A DNA stretch of 64,000 nucleotides from Raillietiella orientalis (taxonomy: Eukaryota). The DNA is taken from positions 5,952,001-6,016,000 of the forward strand of contig JAYWIR010000004.1 in assembly GCA_036172245.1 (NCBI GenBank), in the 5' to 3' direction. Positions 50,301-61,100 of the stretch are shown here, one piece after another; position 1 is the first letter of the stretch; each line of letters starts with the position of its first letter. The notes under the pieces are model-generated. The model was not told where the DNA came from. It was given only the letters and a program-made list of their open reading frames with translations, and did not search any database. The translations under genes were made by a program, and so were the position numbers.

Positions 50301-52176
50301 CACCTTTACTTAACGGTAAATTTAGATCCTCTTTCTTCTTGCCAACAATGCAGGCGGCAACGTATTTTTAACGAACGGATACCAATGGGCGCTGCAGGCA
50401 CATTATGGGAAGTGGATTGCACTGTTCCTTTTTTTTTCCTTCCCTCCATTAGAATAAACTGCTATGGCCGACCCCCTCTCATGTGCGCTCGAAAATGACC
50501 CCTTTTTTAAAAAAAAAGGAAAAAAAAAAGGAAAAGAGGGGGGAAAAAATGGGTTGCCCTTTTCCTTCTTGAGAGGGGCTCTGCTAATTAATTTGGAGTC
50601 CAGCTTTGCTGTGATCTGAGGTTCCTGGGATGCGCGTAGCCGATCACGGAAATCTGTGCAGAAAGAGCTCCTTGCCCAGCCGACCGACCTATTTGCTCAC
50701 CAAACATCCTCCTCGCCTGTATTTATAGACTTGCACAGAATCGTTCTTTAATTAGGGATCTCCGTGGGGAAAAGAACTGGCAAAATATTTGGATAGGTTC
50801 CGTACGTGAGCGCGTGTTGTGTGCGGCTTTTACTTTCGGCAGCCTCCCACGGGTACTTCGTCCGACATTCGCTCCGTGCCTGCAGCTCCCACCCCGTGGC
50901 TTTGCCTCTGCGATCGTACGTTTCGGATGTGGGAGGCGATTTTTAGCCACCTCATGAACAGCAGAAGGATAAATAAATACATAAAAAAAAATTCTCGGAT
51001 TCTTCTTAAAACCAAAACTAAGATTCGGTGTTCGTTTTACTTATAGAGTTCAGAGAGTTCGCTCTCGACACCGAGGGCGAAGCTGAAGACGGGCCTCACC
51101 CGAAAAAGCCCGTCGGCTCTTAATCTCGGAAGCCATGGTTGCGGACTTTTCAGCAGCGACAAATTCAAGGGTTGCACCGGCATGTCCCCAGTAAGAGCCA
51201 AGTCCCATTAGAGTCGACCAGGGGAGAGAATCGGCGCTCGGGATTCCTGGAGATCTCCAGCTGCTCCTCCTTCGATGCGCACGCGCCGGCAGGGACGTGG
51301 GATGCACCCCTACCTCCCTGGAGTGAGGAGGAGGCGCTGCTAGCTGCTCGTCTCTCTCGCTTGGTTTGGGCTCTCGCCATGGAAACCAGCAGAGATTTCC
51401 TGCTGCTGATCCAGCTTCAGTTACATCCACTCGCTCGGAAAGCTCGCCAGATCTGCTCGTTTCACGTCGACGGTGCTCCTCTGTGAAGGCGAGTGCCGGG
51501 AAGTAAGGGACGTCACGCTTCTTGCAATCCTGCGACCGACCCGAGTTCGGTTCCCCCCCCCCCATCCCCCCTCGCTATCCGTGCGCTTCCGAGAAATGAG
51601 CAGAAGAAATGGACAGGATGATGCCCCCGAAAGCTGGTCTCTCTCACTTCCCGTAAAAGACGCCGCCTGTGCTCCCCCGTGCCCGCGTTTATGTATGTGC
51701 ACATGGCGGCGTCCTTCGCAACCGCGGAGTGAATAGAGCGCAGTGTACACATCCGTGCACGTACGTTCAAAAGGTTCTCGCAAGGCATCCGTGCCGCCGA
51801 GACGGCGGCGGGCTGGCTCCTCGGAGTGCTCGTGCCGTCTGTCGATCCGTTCCACGAAAACAGGTCGAGGTGAGATGAGGTGCCCGCTGGTCCAGATACA
51901 AAAACGAACGAACGGGCGAACGGGCGTTCCGAGCAAGCGCAAGCAAGAGAAGATTCGGTACGTGGGTTCCCGGAGGCCGAGCGTTGGTCCGAAAAGACAT
52001 CCTTCTTCTGCAAGTCCCGCGCGCGACTTCCCCGCCGCTGAAGCGCGAGCTAGGCGATCAAACCCGCAAGACCACACCGCCTCCCCCTCTCGACGCCTTC
52101 GCACCGTCCGTCTGACATGCGGTCGAGCGAAGCGATTTTTTTCTGTCGTGACTGAATTTTGTGTTTTTCTTTGCAG

Positions 52177-52377
52177 TTGATTTTTAGTGCCGAATACACC
52201 AAAGCGATGAACCGGGATTGGCATGCAGGCCACTTTTGCTGCTGGCAGTGCGACGAATCCCTGTCTGGGCAGAGATACGTGCTCAAAGACGATCATCCCT
52301 ACTGCATCCGTTGCTACGAAGCACTGTTTTCCAACACTTGCGAGGAATGCAACAAAATCATTGGCATCGACTCCAAG
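52177..52377 (+). CDS. Lmpt: Coding exon: rest of LIM2 and start of LIM3 (LIFSAEYTKAMNRDWHAGHFCCWQCDESLSGQRYVLKDDHPYCIRCYEALFSNTCEECNKIIGIDSK)
   Basis: TTTCTTTGCAG acceptor, 201 nt, phase 0/0, AAG|GTACAA donor. Confidence 0.96.
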
Positions 52378-53230
52378 GTACAACCACCATCATCTGCGCC
52401 CTGCCGCGCTTTCTTTGCTGGTTGGGAACCTGTTGCCGATTCCTGGCGTCCGAGTCTTGTCTGGTGCCGACGGGGACGGCCCTGAATTTCGCTCCCCCCC
52501 CTCATTTTTTTTTTTTTTTTTGTTTTTTTTTTTACCTTGCTTTGAGATTTCTTCCCCGGTACTCTTCGGTTATGCTGCTCGCAATCCCGAGTTACAGGAT
52601 CCAGTACCCTCTGCTGCCAGCTTGGACAACCCATTCCCCAATCTGCAGGTGAAGTTTCTCCTCTTCGGATATCAGCCGCCCGCGCCTACCAGTGAACTTT
52701 CAGTTTCCAGCGTTAAGCCCTGCCGCGAAAGTAATGACCCATATTTTTTTTGGCTTTTTCCCACCCATTCAGTTGTCGCACTTTGCAACCGGGTCGGATG
52801 ATTTATCTTACATTATTCTTCCACTTGACGAGATGCTGCTGAATCTCCACGAACCCGTAACTCCTCGAAATGGCCCGTGCCTATCGTCGTGGTCGTGGTC
52901 GGTACCCGCGCACGCGCAAATTCTCTGCCCACCCCGTCTGGGATCCCCACTCGAAGGAACAGAGCGCCAGTTTCTCGGGAATGCTTCCGGGGCAGGGAGA
53001 GGTCTGGGTGGAACAGCGGGAGGCCCGAAAGCCGTCGAGCTTGTGGGGACTTCCCACCGGGTGGTTGAGAAGAGGAGGGTAAGTAGCTCCCCCTCCCATT
53101 CGCGAAAGCAAAGGCTCCTGCACATTTCGGGGGTGGGCATGCCTCCTCGATGACTAACCGGGGCGGCTTGGACCAGGCAACGTGGACATGTCCCACCTCG
53201 GATGCCCAGTGATCGAGTTGTCTCTTCCAG

Positions 53231-53405
53231 GATCTGTCATACAAAGACAAGCACTGGCATGAAGCCTGCTTCCTGTGTAGCAAGTGTCGTGTGTCTCTGG
53301 TGGACAAGCAGTTCGGTAGCAAGTTCGAAAGGATTTACTGTGGAAACTGCTACGACTCCCAGTTCGCCACCAGATGCGACGGTTGCGGGGACATTTTCAG
53401 GGCCG
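53231..53405 (+). CDS. Lmpt: Coding exon: rest of LIM3 and start of LIM4 (DLSYKDKHWHEACFLCSKCRVSLVDKQFGSKFERIYCGNCYDSQFATRCDGCGDIFRA-G)
   Basis: TCTCTTCCAG acceptor, 175 nt, phase 0/1, G|GTAAGT donor. Confidence 0.96.
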
Positions 53406-56073
53406 GTAAGTTCTTCCTCGGAACCAGTCCCGCCGCGCCTGAGGGAGCGGCAAGCACCCCGGCGAATCGCTCTGCTCTCCATCTTCCGTTCGGCTCCTGA
53501 GATCTCACCCTCTCCCATTCGCCTTCAAGCTCCTAACCCACCAACTCTTCCCTGGTGCTACCGTTCCCGAGCGTGTGCGTCTAAGAATAAGCCGTCTTCC
53601 GTCTTCTTTCGCGGCCACGCTCGCGACAACGAGATCCTCAATCTCTTCTTGCCCACTTCACTGGTCGCATCCCTGTCGTCAGTCCTCCCTCAAGATCGGC
53701 CCCCCAGTAGGGGAAGGTCGGTTGCCAACTCGTGTTCTGATAGTGCTCTGAGCTCGTTGCTGGAATCGCTATTATTAGCAGCAGCGCTCCGGACGCCACA
53801 CATCATTCGGAAACTTTGTTTTGACGTGCCTGTTGTGCGCCGGCGTGGGTAAGGCGACCATTGTCATCTCGAGATGAATGGTCTCTTCACTTGGATGACA
53901 AGACGCGCTTTTGTTTTCCCCCCTTCTCTGCCGATTCTTCCCAGCAGAGCTCATCTCCCTGCAACCCAGAGTATCACTCTCTGCGCTTGATAATTGAGGT
54001 TGCACCACCGTTGGGAATTCGGACCACCTCGTGCAATCTCCCCTTACGTCATCCCCTGTTTCCATTCAGTCTTCGCATTCCTTGTCTTGTCTTCCGTTTT
54101 CCTTTCTTTCTTTCTGGCAGTCCCTGGAGAAACCGAGTTTCAGACTGCAGTCCTCCTTCCCCTCGTTTTATTTTCTTTAGCTGCTCAGGTATAGACCGCC
54201 ATTACTCGTACGGCACAATACCACATAGCGTTGGCGAACCGAACATGACAAGAGAGGTCACTGAGCAACCACAACTTCTCGTACTCCGTTTCCCGGCCAG
54301 TCGTCAGCACGCCCCCTCTACTGCCGTTTTTGTGTTTGCTGATGCTCTTGCCCGCTCCCACTCGCGAGCTTGCCCGGCTGCGGAGGTGCCGGCGCCGGCC
54401 TTTCCCTCACTCAAGGGAGCGCAAAAGGCCTTCGAGCTCAGCCTAGGACTTGCTCGCAACAGCCGAGAGCGAGAGCGGAGGCGCGCCGCCAAGACCTCTC
54501 GAACCGCGCCGATCGCTCCAAAGGGGAGAAAGCGAAGCAGACATCACGTGACCTCCATCGCCAAAGTAACCGTCCTTCCAAAGAGCATCTAGTGGGACTT
54601 CACGGATCTCGGCTTCCAAAGAAGAAATCCTTCATTCCCTCTTTTCGCCTCCCGTCTCAAAGATGAACAGCCTGTCGGAGCTTCCGGATGTACTCCAGCC
54701 CGAGTGATTCTAGTCCTCTCGTCGAGCTGCTCAGCTTCCATCCGTGCCATCCGCTCTTTTTTTTCCCCGCTTTCCCGGGTCGTTCTGGCTGATCTGAACG
54801 AACAGTTGTCTTTTCGGATGCTCCATTCGGGCTTGTAGCTCTCCTGATCGGGATCTGACCTTTGAGGGGTGCGGCGCGTTCCCAATTCATGTGGCAACAG
54901 AGATCAGCAGCACGAGTCCTACGTCCGTTCTTGGCTGCCGAGTTCTTTATTTGTTCTTTTCCTTCTTCCAAAAGGAGTGGGTACTCCAGCCGATCCTTTC
55001 TGACCTTCCGGGACAAAGGAGCTTCCAGGGTTCCTTCTCGTCCAGTGTCCCTTTACGGAGGGCGTACGATGAGGGTGCTCCGTGCCAGAACGAAGAGATC
55101 TCGCGAGACTATGCGGTGGAAGATGTGCTTTTGTGACAATGCCCTCCTCCGTGTCTGTCGAGTGCTTCCAGTCTTGACCCCGCTGCTCCCGGGCACAGCA
55201 CTCTTGCACCTCACAGGCAGTCCTTCAAAACGCCTGGCTTGGGAGCTTCTGTCAGAAAGGGCCGGGCTAGGCCCTCGTGCCAACTGGACGCGCGGAAGAG
55301 CGACCTCCGCAACCTCCTCAAAGTGTCCAGCCGGGTTTGTTTCGAGAGAAGCGGCGGCGAACAAGGAAAAATCAAGGATCCATCCATCCTTAACCGCGGT
55401 GGCGGAAGGCGAGCTACATCCCGAACCATAGGCGGGATGGAGGAGAGGCGGCTGCCCTCCGGGATGTAACAGCAGAGCGGAACTCCTCCGCGGTTAAGAA
55501 CAAGTAGGAGCTCCTCGGACTGCCACCGGAGGTCTCCTGGACCCCATCCGAAGTTCCTCTTGCCTCACAGAAATTGGCGGCGAGGCGTAGGACCGCGCCA
55601 TTCTTCCTTCGGGAAGGAAGTGTGGCTTTCCTGAGCGTCTGCGTGGGCGCGCTCTCCTGGCAGAGTGATCGCCCCTCACCCAAAGGCGACGGTTCGCCAT
55701 GCCACCTCCCCGCTGCGGGAGATGGCCACGCGACCAACTCAAAGTTGTCGGGCGTTCCCACAGCCGCATGATGGAGCTGCGACCTGCCCTTCGCGTAGGG
55801 GAACACGCGGGGATGCGGTGCTTCCGATCCCCCTTTCGCTGTCTGGGGTAGCTGAGGGCTGCTGACGCCCCGAGAAGATTGCTTCCTGGGCGTTGACAGA
55901 GATCGAGCGGGTCACCACCACCACGGAAGCCATCCACACTCAAGAGTCGGAGGAGCTCGCGCGGAAAAAAATCAATGGTTGCACGAGGCTCGTACGAGTC
56001 GGTGACGAGCCGAGAGGCAACAAAGGGATGCGGGCGCGTTGCTATGGATAAGCGGGTGCTTCTTCGTCTTCGA

Positions 56074-56091
56074 GTGTGTGTGTGTGTGTGT
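56074..56091. repeat. (GT)9 microsatellite
   Basis: Read directly. Confidence 0.85.
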
Positions 56092-56762
56092 TTTTTTTTA
56101 TCTCGTTTGTTTGTTAGTTTGTTCATGTTTTTGTTTTCGTCTGTTCTCTTTCTTCGTCTTCTTTCTGGTCCCGCGACCGCCGTTCACGCAGACCCTGTTG
56201 CCCTGATACGTGTGAGTACAAAGTTGCGCGCGTGCCCGACGGTCGGCAGCAGTCCAGCGCAGCCGTATGCGAGGGTTTCAAGGTCAGTACCATCGGACGG
56301 CCTCGCTTCATCCCCTCTCGACAACCATAAAAAATGAAAAACAAGGGTGCTTCTGCATTTTGAGGGAAGGAGGGAGGGAGTCCGAGGGATGGTTGGAGCT
56401 AGAAGGAAAGGAGAATGGACCACTTCCAGGGAGCCTCTTTCCCCTTGTCGTCGCCGTTGCCGATGGCGACGGCGACGACTGACGGGGGCAGCGTGTGACA
56501 GTTCCCGTCTTCCACTCCGCCTTCCCTCCGTGGCCGGGAAGTTCCACCCGCGGAAGAAGGGTGGAAAGCGAAGAAAAAAAAAAAAAAAAAAAAGCAGAAG
56601 CCTTCTTTCCCTCCTCGCGCTCCGCTGCAGCTACTGCCGACCGCTGTCCGCGATACGCGCCCAGGAAACGACCACGTACAGTTACAGGACGAGAGAAGGC
56701 AGAAAACCACAACGTGCGAGCGCTCCCCCGTGTGACTGCCATCGATCGGGTGCAGCGGAGAC

Positions 56763-56937
56763 ATGTCGGAGAGTGAAGCCGCCGCCGCCGCCGCCGCCGT
56801 CGCGGCCGAGGCGAACTCGAAGCCTCCTGCCGAGATGGACGAGGCGGCCGTCCTGTCAGAGCTGCTCCCGGAAGACACGTTCCTCTGTGACAGGAAGGAG
56901 CAGTGCCTCGAAGGTGACCCGCGGAAGAAGGAACCAG
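56763..56937 (+). CDS. Lmpt: Probable alternative first coding exon (MSESEAAAAAAAVAAEANSKPPAEMDEAAVLSELLPEDTFLCDRKEQCLEGDPRKKEP-G) of a 2.5-LIM isoform
   Basis: ATG at 56763, acidic protein-like frame with (GCC)7 poly-Ala; CAG|GTACCA donor at 56938 is phase 1, matching the acceptor at 57110. An alternative phase-1 donor AAG|GTGACC lies at 56914. Confidence 0.6.
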
Positions 56938-57109
56938 GTACCACCTCTTCAGCCGCCCGTTGCACGCCGACTCCACGAGGCGGAGGCAGCGCTCGCTTGC
57001 CCTTCCTCCTCCCCCTCCTCCCCTGTTCCGTCCTCCTCTTCCTCGTTTGGCTCGTCCTGCTTCCGACGGCGGCGCTCTCGTTCCCTCTTAACTCCTCCTC
57101 CCCCTCTAG

Positions 57110-57279
57110 GAATGAAGAAGATGGAATACAAGATGCGCCAGTGGCACGAGAAGTGCTTCGTCTGCTGCGTGTGCAAGCAGGCCATCGGCACCAAGTCCTT
57201 TATCCCCAGGGAGCAGGAGATCTACTGCGCCAACTGCTACGAGGACAAGTTTGCGATCCGCTGCATCAAGTGCGGGAAG
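57110..57279 (+). CDS. Lmpt: Coding exon: rest of LIM4 and start of LIM5 (G-MKKMEYKMRQWHEKCFVCCVCKQAIGTKSFIPREQEIYCANCYEDKFAIRCIKCGK)
   Basis: C-rich pyrimidine tract plus TAG acceptor ending 57109; 170 nt, phase 1/0; AAG|GTTAGT donor. Confidence 0.96.
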
Positions 57280-57346
57280 GTTAGTCCGGGTCCGCCGCTC
57301 TGGAACGAACGGGAACGCGCTCGCCTCCCCTCCTCTCCTCCCCTAG

Positions 57347-57533
57347 GTCATCACGGCAGGCGGAGTGACCTACAAGAACGAGCCCTGGCACAAGGAATGC
57401 TTCACCTGCACGAACTGCAACACATCGCTGGCCGGCCAGCGCTTCACCTCGCGCGACGAGAAGCCCTACTGCGCCGACTGCTTCGGAGAGCTCTTCGCCA
57501 AGCGCTGCTTCGCCTGCGGGAAGCCCATAACAG
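57347..57533 (+). CDS. Lmpt: Coding exon: rest of LIM5 and start of LIM6 (VITAGGVTYKNEPWHKECFTCTNCNTSLAGQRFTSRDEKPYCADCFGELFAKRCFACGKPIT-G)
   Basis: Follows a 67-nt intron ending CCCCTAG; 187 nt, phase 0/1; CAG|GTGCGT donor. Confidence 0.96.
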
Positions 57534-57943
57534 GTGCGTGGGGCACAAGCGCCTTTGTCACGCGCTCCCTTCTTCCCCTTTCTCGTCCTCCGGCGCTCCC
57601 GAGTGTGCATCAACAAGGTGGGGGTCGCAGCCCTTTATGCAGCTCCCACAAGGCACTCCGTTCGGAAGATAGCGGAAGAGGGGGCAAGTAGGGAGCGCGC
57701 ACCTCCCATCCAACTTTCCTCCTGCTTTTCCCAGACGCCAAAAGCGCGGCTCCGGAACACGGGAGGTCCGGCTCGCGGTGGCAGCGACCCCCAAGCGAAT
57801 TAGTTCCTCACCTCTCCCTTTTCCTCCGACGCACGCGCACTCCTCGCCGGAAACCCCTCGGAGGAAAGAATCGTGGATCCTTCCCTCCGAACACGTCTCG
57901 GCTCTCCTGGAGGACCGGGGTCATCGTTCTCCTTCTTCTCCAG

Positions 57944-58101
57944 GCATCGGCGGCACGCGGTTCATATCCTTCGAAGACCGGCATTGGCACAACGACTGCT
58001 TCTACTGCGCCGTGTGCAAGAACTCGCTCGTAGGCAAGGGCTTCATCACCGACGAGGCCGACATTCTCTGCCCGGAGTGCGCCAAGCAGAAGCTCATGTG
58101 A
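57944..58101 (+). CDS. Lmpt: Terminal coding exon: rest of LIM6 (G-IGGTRFISFEDRHWHNDCFYCAVCKNSLVGKGFITDEADILCPECAKQKLM*)
   Basis: CTTCTTCTCCAG acceptor ending 57943, phase 1; TGA at 58099-58101. Confidence 0.96.
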
Positions 58102-58159
58102 GGACACCGCCCGCGCGCGCGACTAGGACGGCAAGAATAACGACGGCAGCTTCCTGGCA

Positions 58160-58165
58160 AATAAA
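58160..58165 (+). terminator. Candidate proximal polyadenylation signal AATAAA
   Basis: First AATAAA after the stop codon; the downstream U/GU element is weak. Confidence 0.35.
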
Positions 58166-61100
58166 ACGCCCGCTTCAACCGCCCCTAGGGTGCCTTCATT
58201 GTCCAGCCCCTGAGTGGGACGATGGGCACTGGGAAAGAGGGGAGGGAAAAATGGGAACGAAAAGGGTGGTCCCTCGTGAAGGAGGAGGGGAAGAGGCGCT
58301 GGGTGAGGACGACGAGGACGGTGGTGGAGGCGACGAGGATGCGATGATGCTGGCAAAGATGAAGAGGAGGAGAGGGGGGGGACGAAGGTGGTGCTGGGTG
58401 GATGCTGTGGGCCTGAGCCCCGTCGCAGGTCTCCTAGGAGTTCCAGTCGGCTCGCGACCATTACGGGGCGCCGTCTCCCTTGGCAACGACGGCAGCGGCG
58501 GAGCAGAGGAAGAGGGAAAGGGCGGGAAGGTCCTCCCCTCCGCTGGCACTCCTTCCTTCCTTCCCCAGACCCCCACCACTCGGCGACGTGGAGCCGGCTG
58601 GAGCGGGACTCCATGCACCAGGAGGGTCTCGATCACAGCCCACCTGAGCTCTGGCATCCTCATCTTCAGTGATGACCATGAGCGGCAGCAGCTGCAGCCT
58701 CCACGAAAACAGGCGCCAGAAAGCACGTGCGGACGCCGCCACCCCTTCCTTCCCACCCGCCCTCCTCGTACTTCCTTCGCCCTCCCTGATTCCCATTTCC
58801 ACGTCCGGAGATTCCTGAGCTGCGGCCGCTGTCGAACGCCGCCCGGAGGGCAAGATGAAAACACCACCTACTAAACACACACACACAAAAAAAAAACACA
58901 CCATCTTCTGCAGCCCCCGCTGCCGAGCCGGTCTCCGTGGAAACTTCTCGGGATTCACACGAGTGGGCGGAAGGGATGGAGCAAAAGAAAGACTCTCAGA
59001 GGTCACCCCACCCACCCGCCTGCGTTTCCACGATGGAAAAAAAACTTCCCAAGCCGCTCTTTCGAGGAGGGAAAGGGGGTGAGAGAGAAAAGGGATCGCT
59101 CCTTTCGTGCCGAGCCTTCCCTCCAACGCTCTGACCCTCAGAGAGAGCCGGAGTCAAGTACGGATGATACCGGGCCGATGGTCGCATACGTTTCTGCCCG
59201 CGAGACCGCACAGTCCTCCCCGAAGTCTCCCTTTTTATTTTTTTCTTTGCCTAGAGGCGGCTTCGAGTCACCGACCCCTGTGACCAGGGCGTGCGAAGGC
59301 GCGCGTCCCTTTGAAGGCTAAGGCTGCAGGACGAACACCTCGTCCCTCCTCCTCGGCGAAACGGAGACGGTGAGGACGACGCCCTGGGAAAGGGAGAGTG
59401 CGCTTACGGAGTTCCTCCCCCGCGTCGCGAAGGCTGGTGAAGGCGACGCTCCTAGAGCGGCTTTTCGTGCGATCGCTCAGGGTAGGAGGATGCTCCATCG
59501 GAGCAGGCCCCCGGAAAGCAACGGAGGCCCCTCTCCTTCCCTGACCACTGGCCATCTCGTCCCGTCCCCTGCTCAGCAGAGGACGGCAGCTCAGACTCCC
59601 GGATGCGTCCGCCCTACGCAGTTGACATCTGCACAGGAGGAAGGCTGGTCCGGGATGAGTCCCGTGACCTGGGCGCTGCGTTGTGCTCCTTTTTCTGTGC
59701 TTCCCTTCCCATCCAGCCCTTTCCCCCTCTAGCCCTTCGCGCACGAGGGCGTTCGCTCGGCCGAAATCCCACCCTCGAACGTGTGCCCCTCCGGGCAAGG
59801 CGCCTGCCGAGGGGACCGTCCAGTCAGAGATGGAAGAGGAGGGGAGGGAAGCTGGAGGTCGCTTTTTTCGGAAAGTGTCTGGGAAGTGCTGCTGCTGCCT
59901 GACCCTTGGGGAGGATTTCGTGCCATGCAGAGGAGAGGAGGATCCTGTCGTCTCGGACGCGGCCGTCGCTGCCCATCAGGAGTGGAGGGGAACAGGACGG
60001 GGTGCGGACATGTGAAACCATCGCTGTTCCGTATCCCTTCCAGGCCCCCCAAGCCCCACTCGGCAGGCAGATGCGGTTGCTGCGAGAGAAAGGTCTTGAG
60101 AATCTCCCGGACCGTCTGTTGGTTCTGAGGGTGGCTCAGAGATGGAGCTGAAGGCAGACTCCTTTCCCTCTCGCGTTCCTCGTGAAATAAGCAGCCAGTC
60201 GTCCGACCCTCTCGGCGGCGCTGCACCCTTAGGGGAGAAAGTGAAAGTGAAGGGAAGAACGGGCGGAAAGGCGGCTGCAGCAGCGCCCATCGATCTCGGG
60301 GTGTGCATGGACGCGTCGCCTCCTCTTGCCATCCGTTCGTCGGGGCCACCGCTTTCCCTTTCGCGCCGCCTTCCCTCTCACGAAGAGGGACGCGAAGAGT
60401 TGAGCTGCTTGGAAGGAGTTGCAATGCCGCCTCCGCCACCCAGAGGAGTGCCGATCCGCTAGGAAGAAAGGGGACGCCTTCGCGAGGCACAGGTCTCCGT
60501 GAAAGAAAGAGGGAGGACGATATTCCCCTCCGCCGCGCTTGCCAGGCAGCGCTGGCGCTGCACCATCCTCGCGGCGTAAAGGTAGCGGGAAGAAGAAAAG
60601 GATGAGGGCTGCCAGGGTTGTCACGGTAGCGGAGGGGAAAGGGGGGGGGGAGTTTGCAGCTGCCTAGAAGAAGGATGCGCTAAGGGTCGCTCCGAGCGCG
60701 GGAAGGAGTGGGGAAAAAACCTTCCACCTCTCTCCAGGTAGATCAGGAGAAGCAGTAGCCGGATCTCTTCCTCCCGAGAGCGGATGCTCCCTGGAAGTTG
60801 CCCCTCCTCTCCCCTGCTACCCTCCTGAAGATGCAAGCGAGGGTGTTGGCGCGAGCCGACTGTCTGCTGGGAAGCGTTCCCGTTCCCCCTCCGGGGAAAG
60901 CGGGGCGCACGTGGGCAGGACAGGAGGGGCTTCCCTATGAAAGCGAGGGAGCACGCGATCCCCTCCGGCGGCGCAGCAAGGAACGCGGAAGCGGGGGGGG
61001 GGGAGGAAGGGGCTGGAGAGCGTTCCCATGGCAGCCGCGATCGGCGAGGCGCCGGCCCCCCGACCTCGGCTCGCCCGAACAAAGGCACATCGAGGGGGAG

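Larger units (their letters stand above)
21663..52176 (+). other. 30.5 kb intron of the long isoform, containing an internal alternative first exon region
   Basis: GTAAGT...TTTTTCTTTGCAG; the flanking exons join as CPACDE|LIFSAEY, reconstituting an intact LIM2. Confidence 0.85.
21447..58101 (+). other. Lmpt: Limpet/lim-9 family LIM-domain gene, span of recognisable coding exons (5' end / PET domain not located)
   Basis: Six exons with canonical AG/GT boundaries and matching phases join to 1107 nt (368 aa + TGA) encoding six consecutive LIM double zinc fingers. Segments such as LIFSAEYTKAMNRDWH, DLSYKDKHWHEACF, KKMEYK..QWHEKCF and GIGGTRFISFEDRHWHNDCF match Drosophila Limpet / C. elegans LIM-9 as I recall them (no search run). 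Confidence 0.95.

Noticed and set aside
56347..57672. 441-aa ORF as a single-exon gene
   Set aside because: Only 57110-57279 is real coding; the rest is intron or out-of-frame exon read-through.
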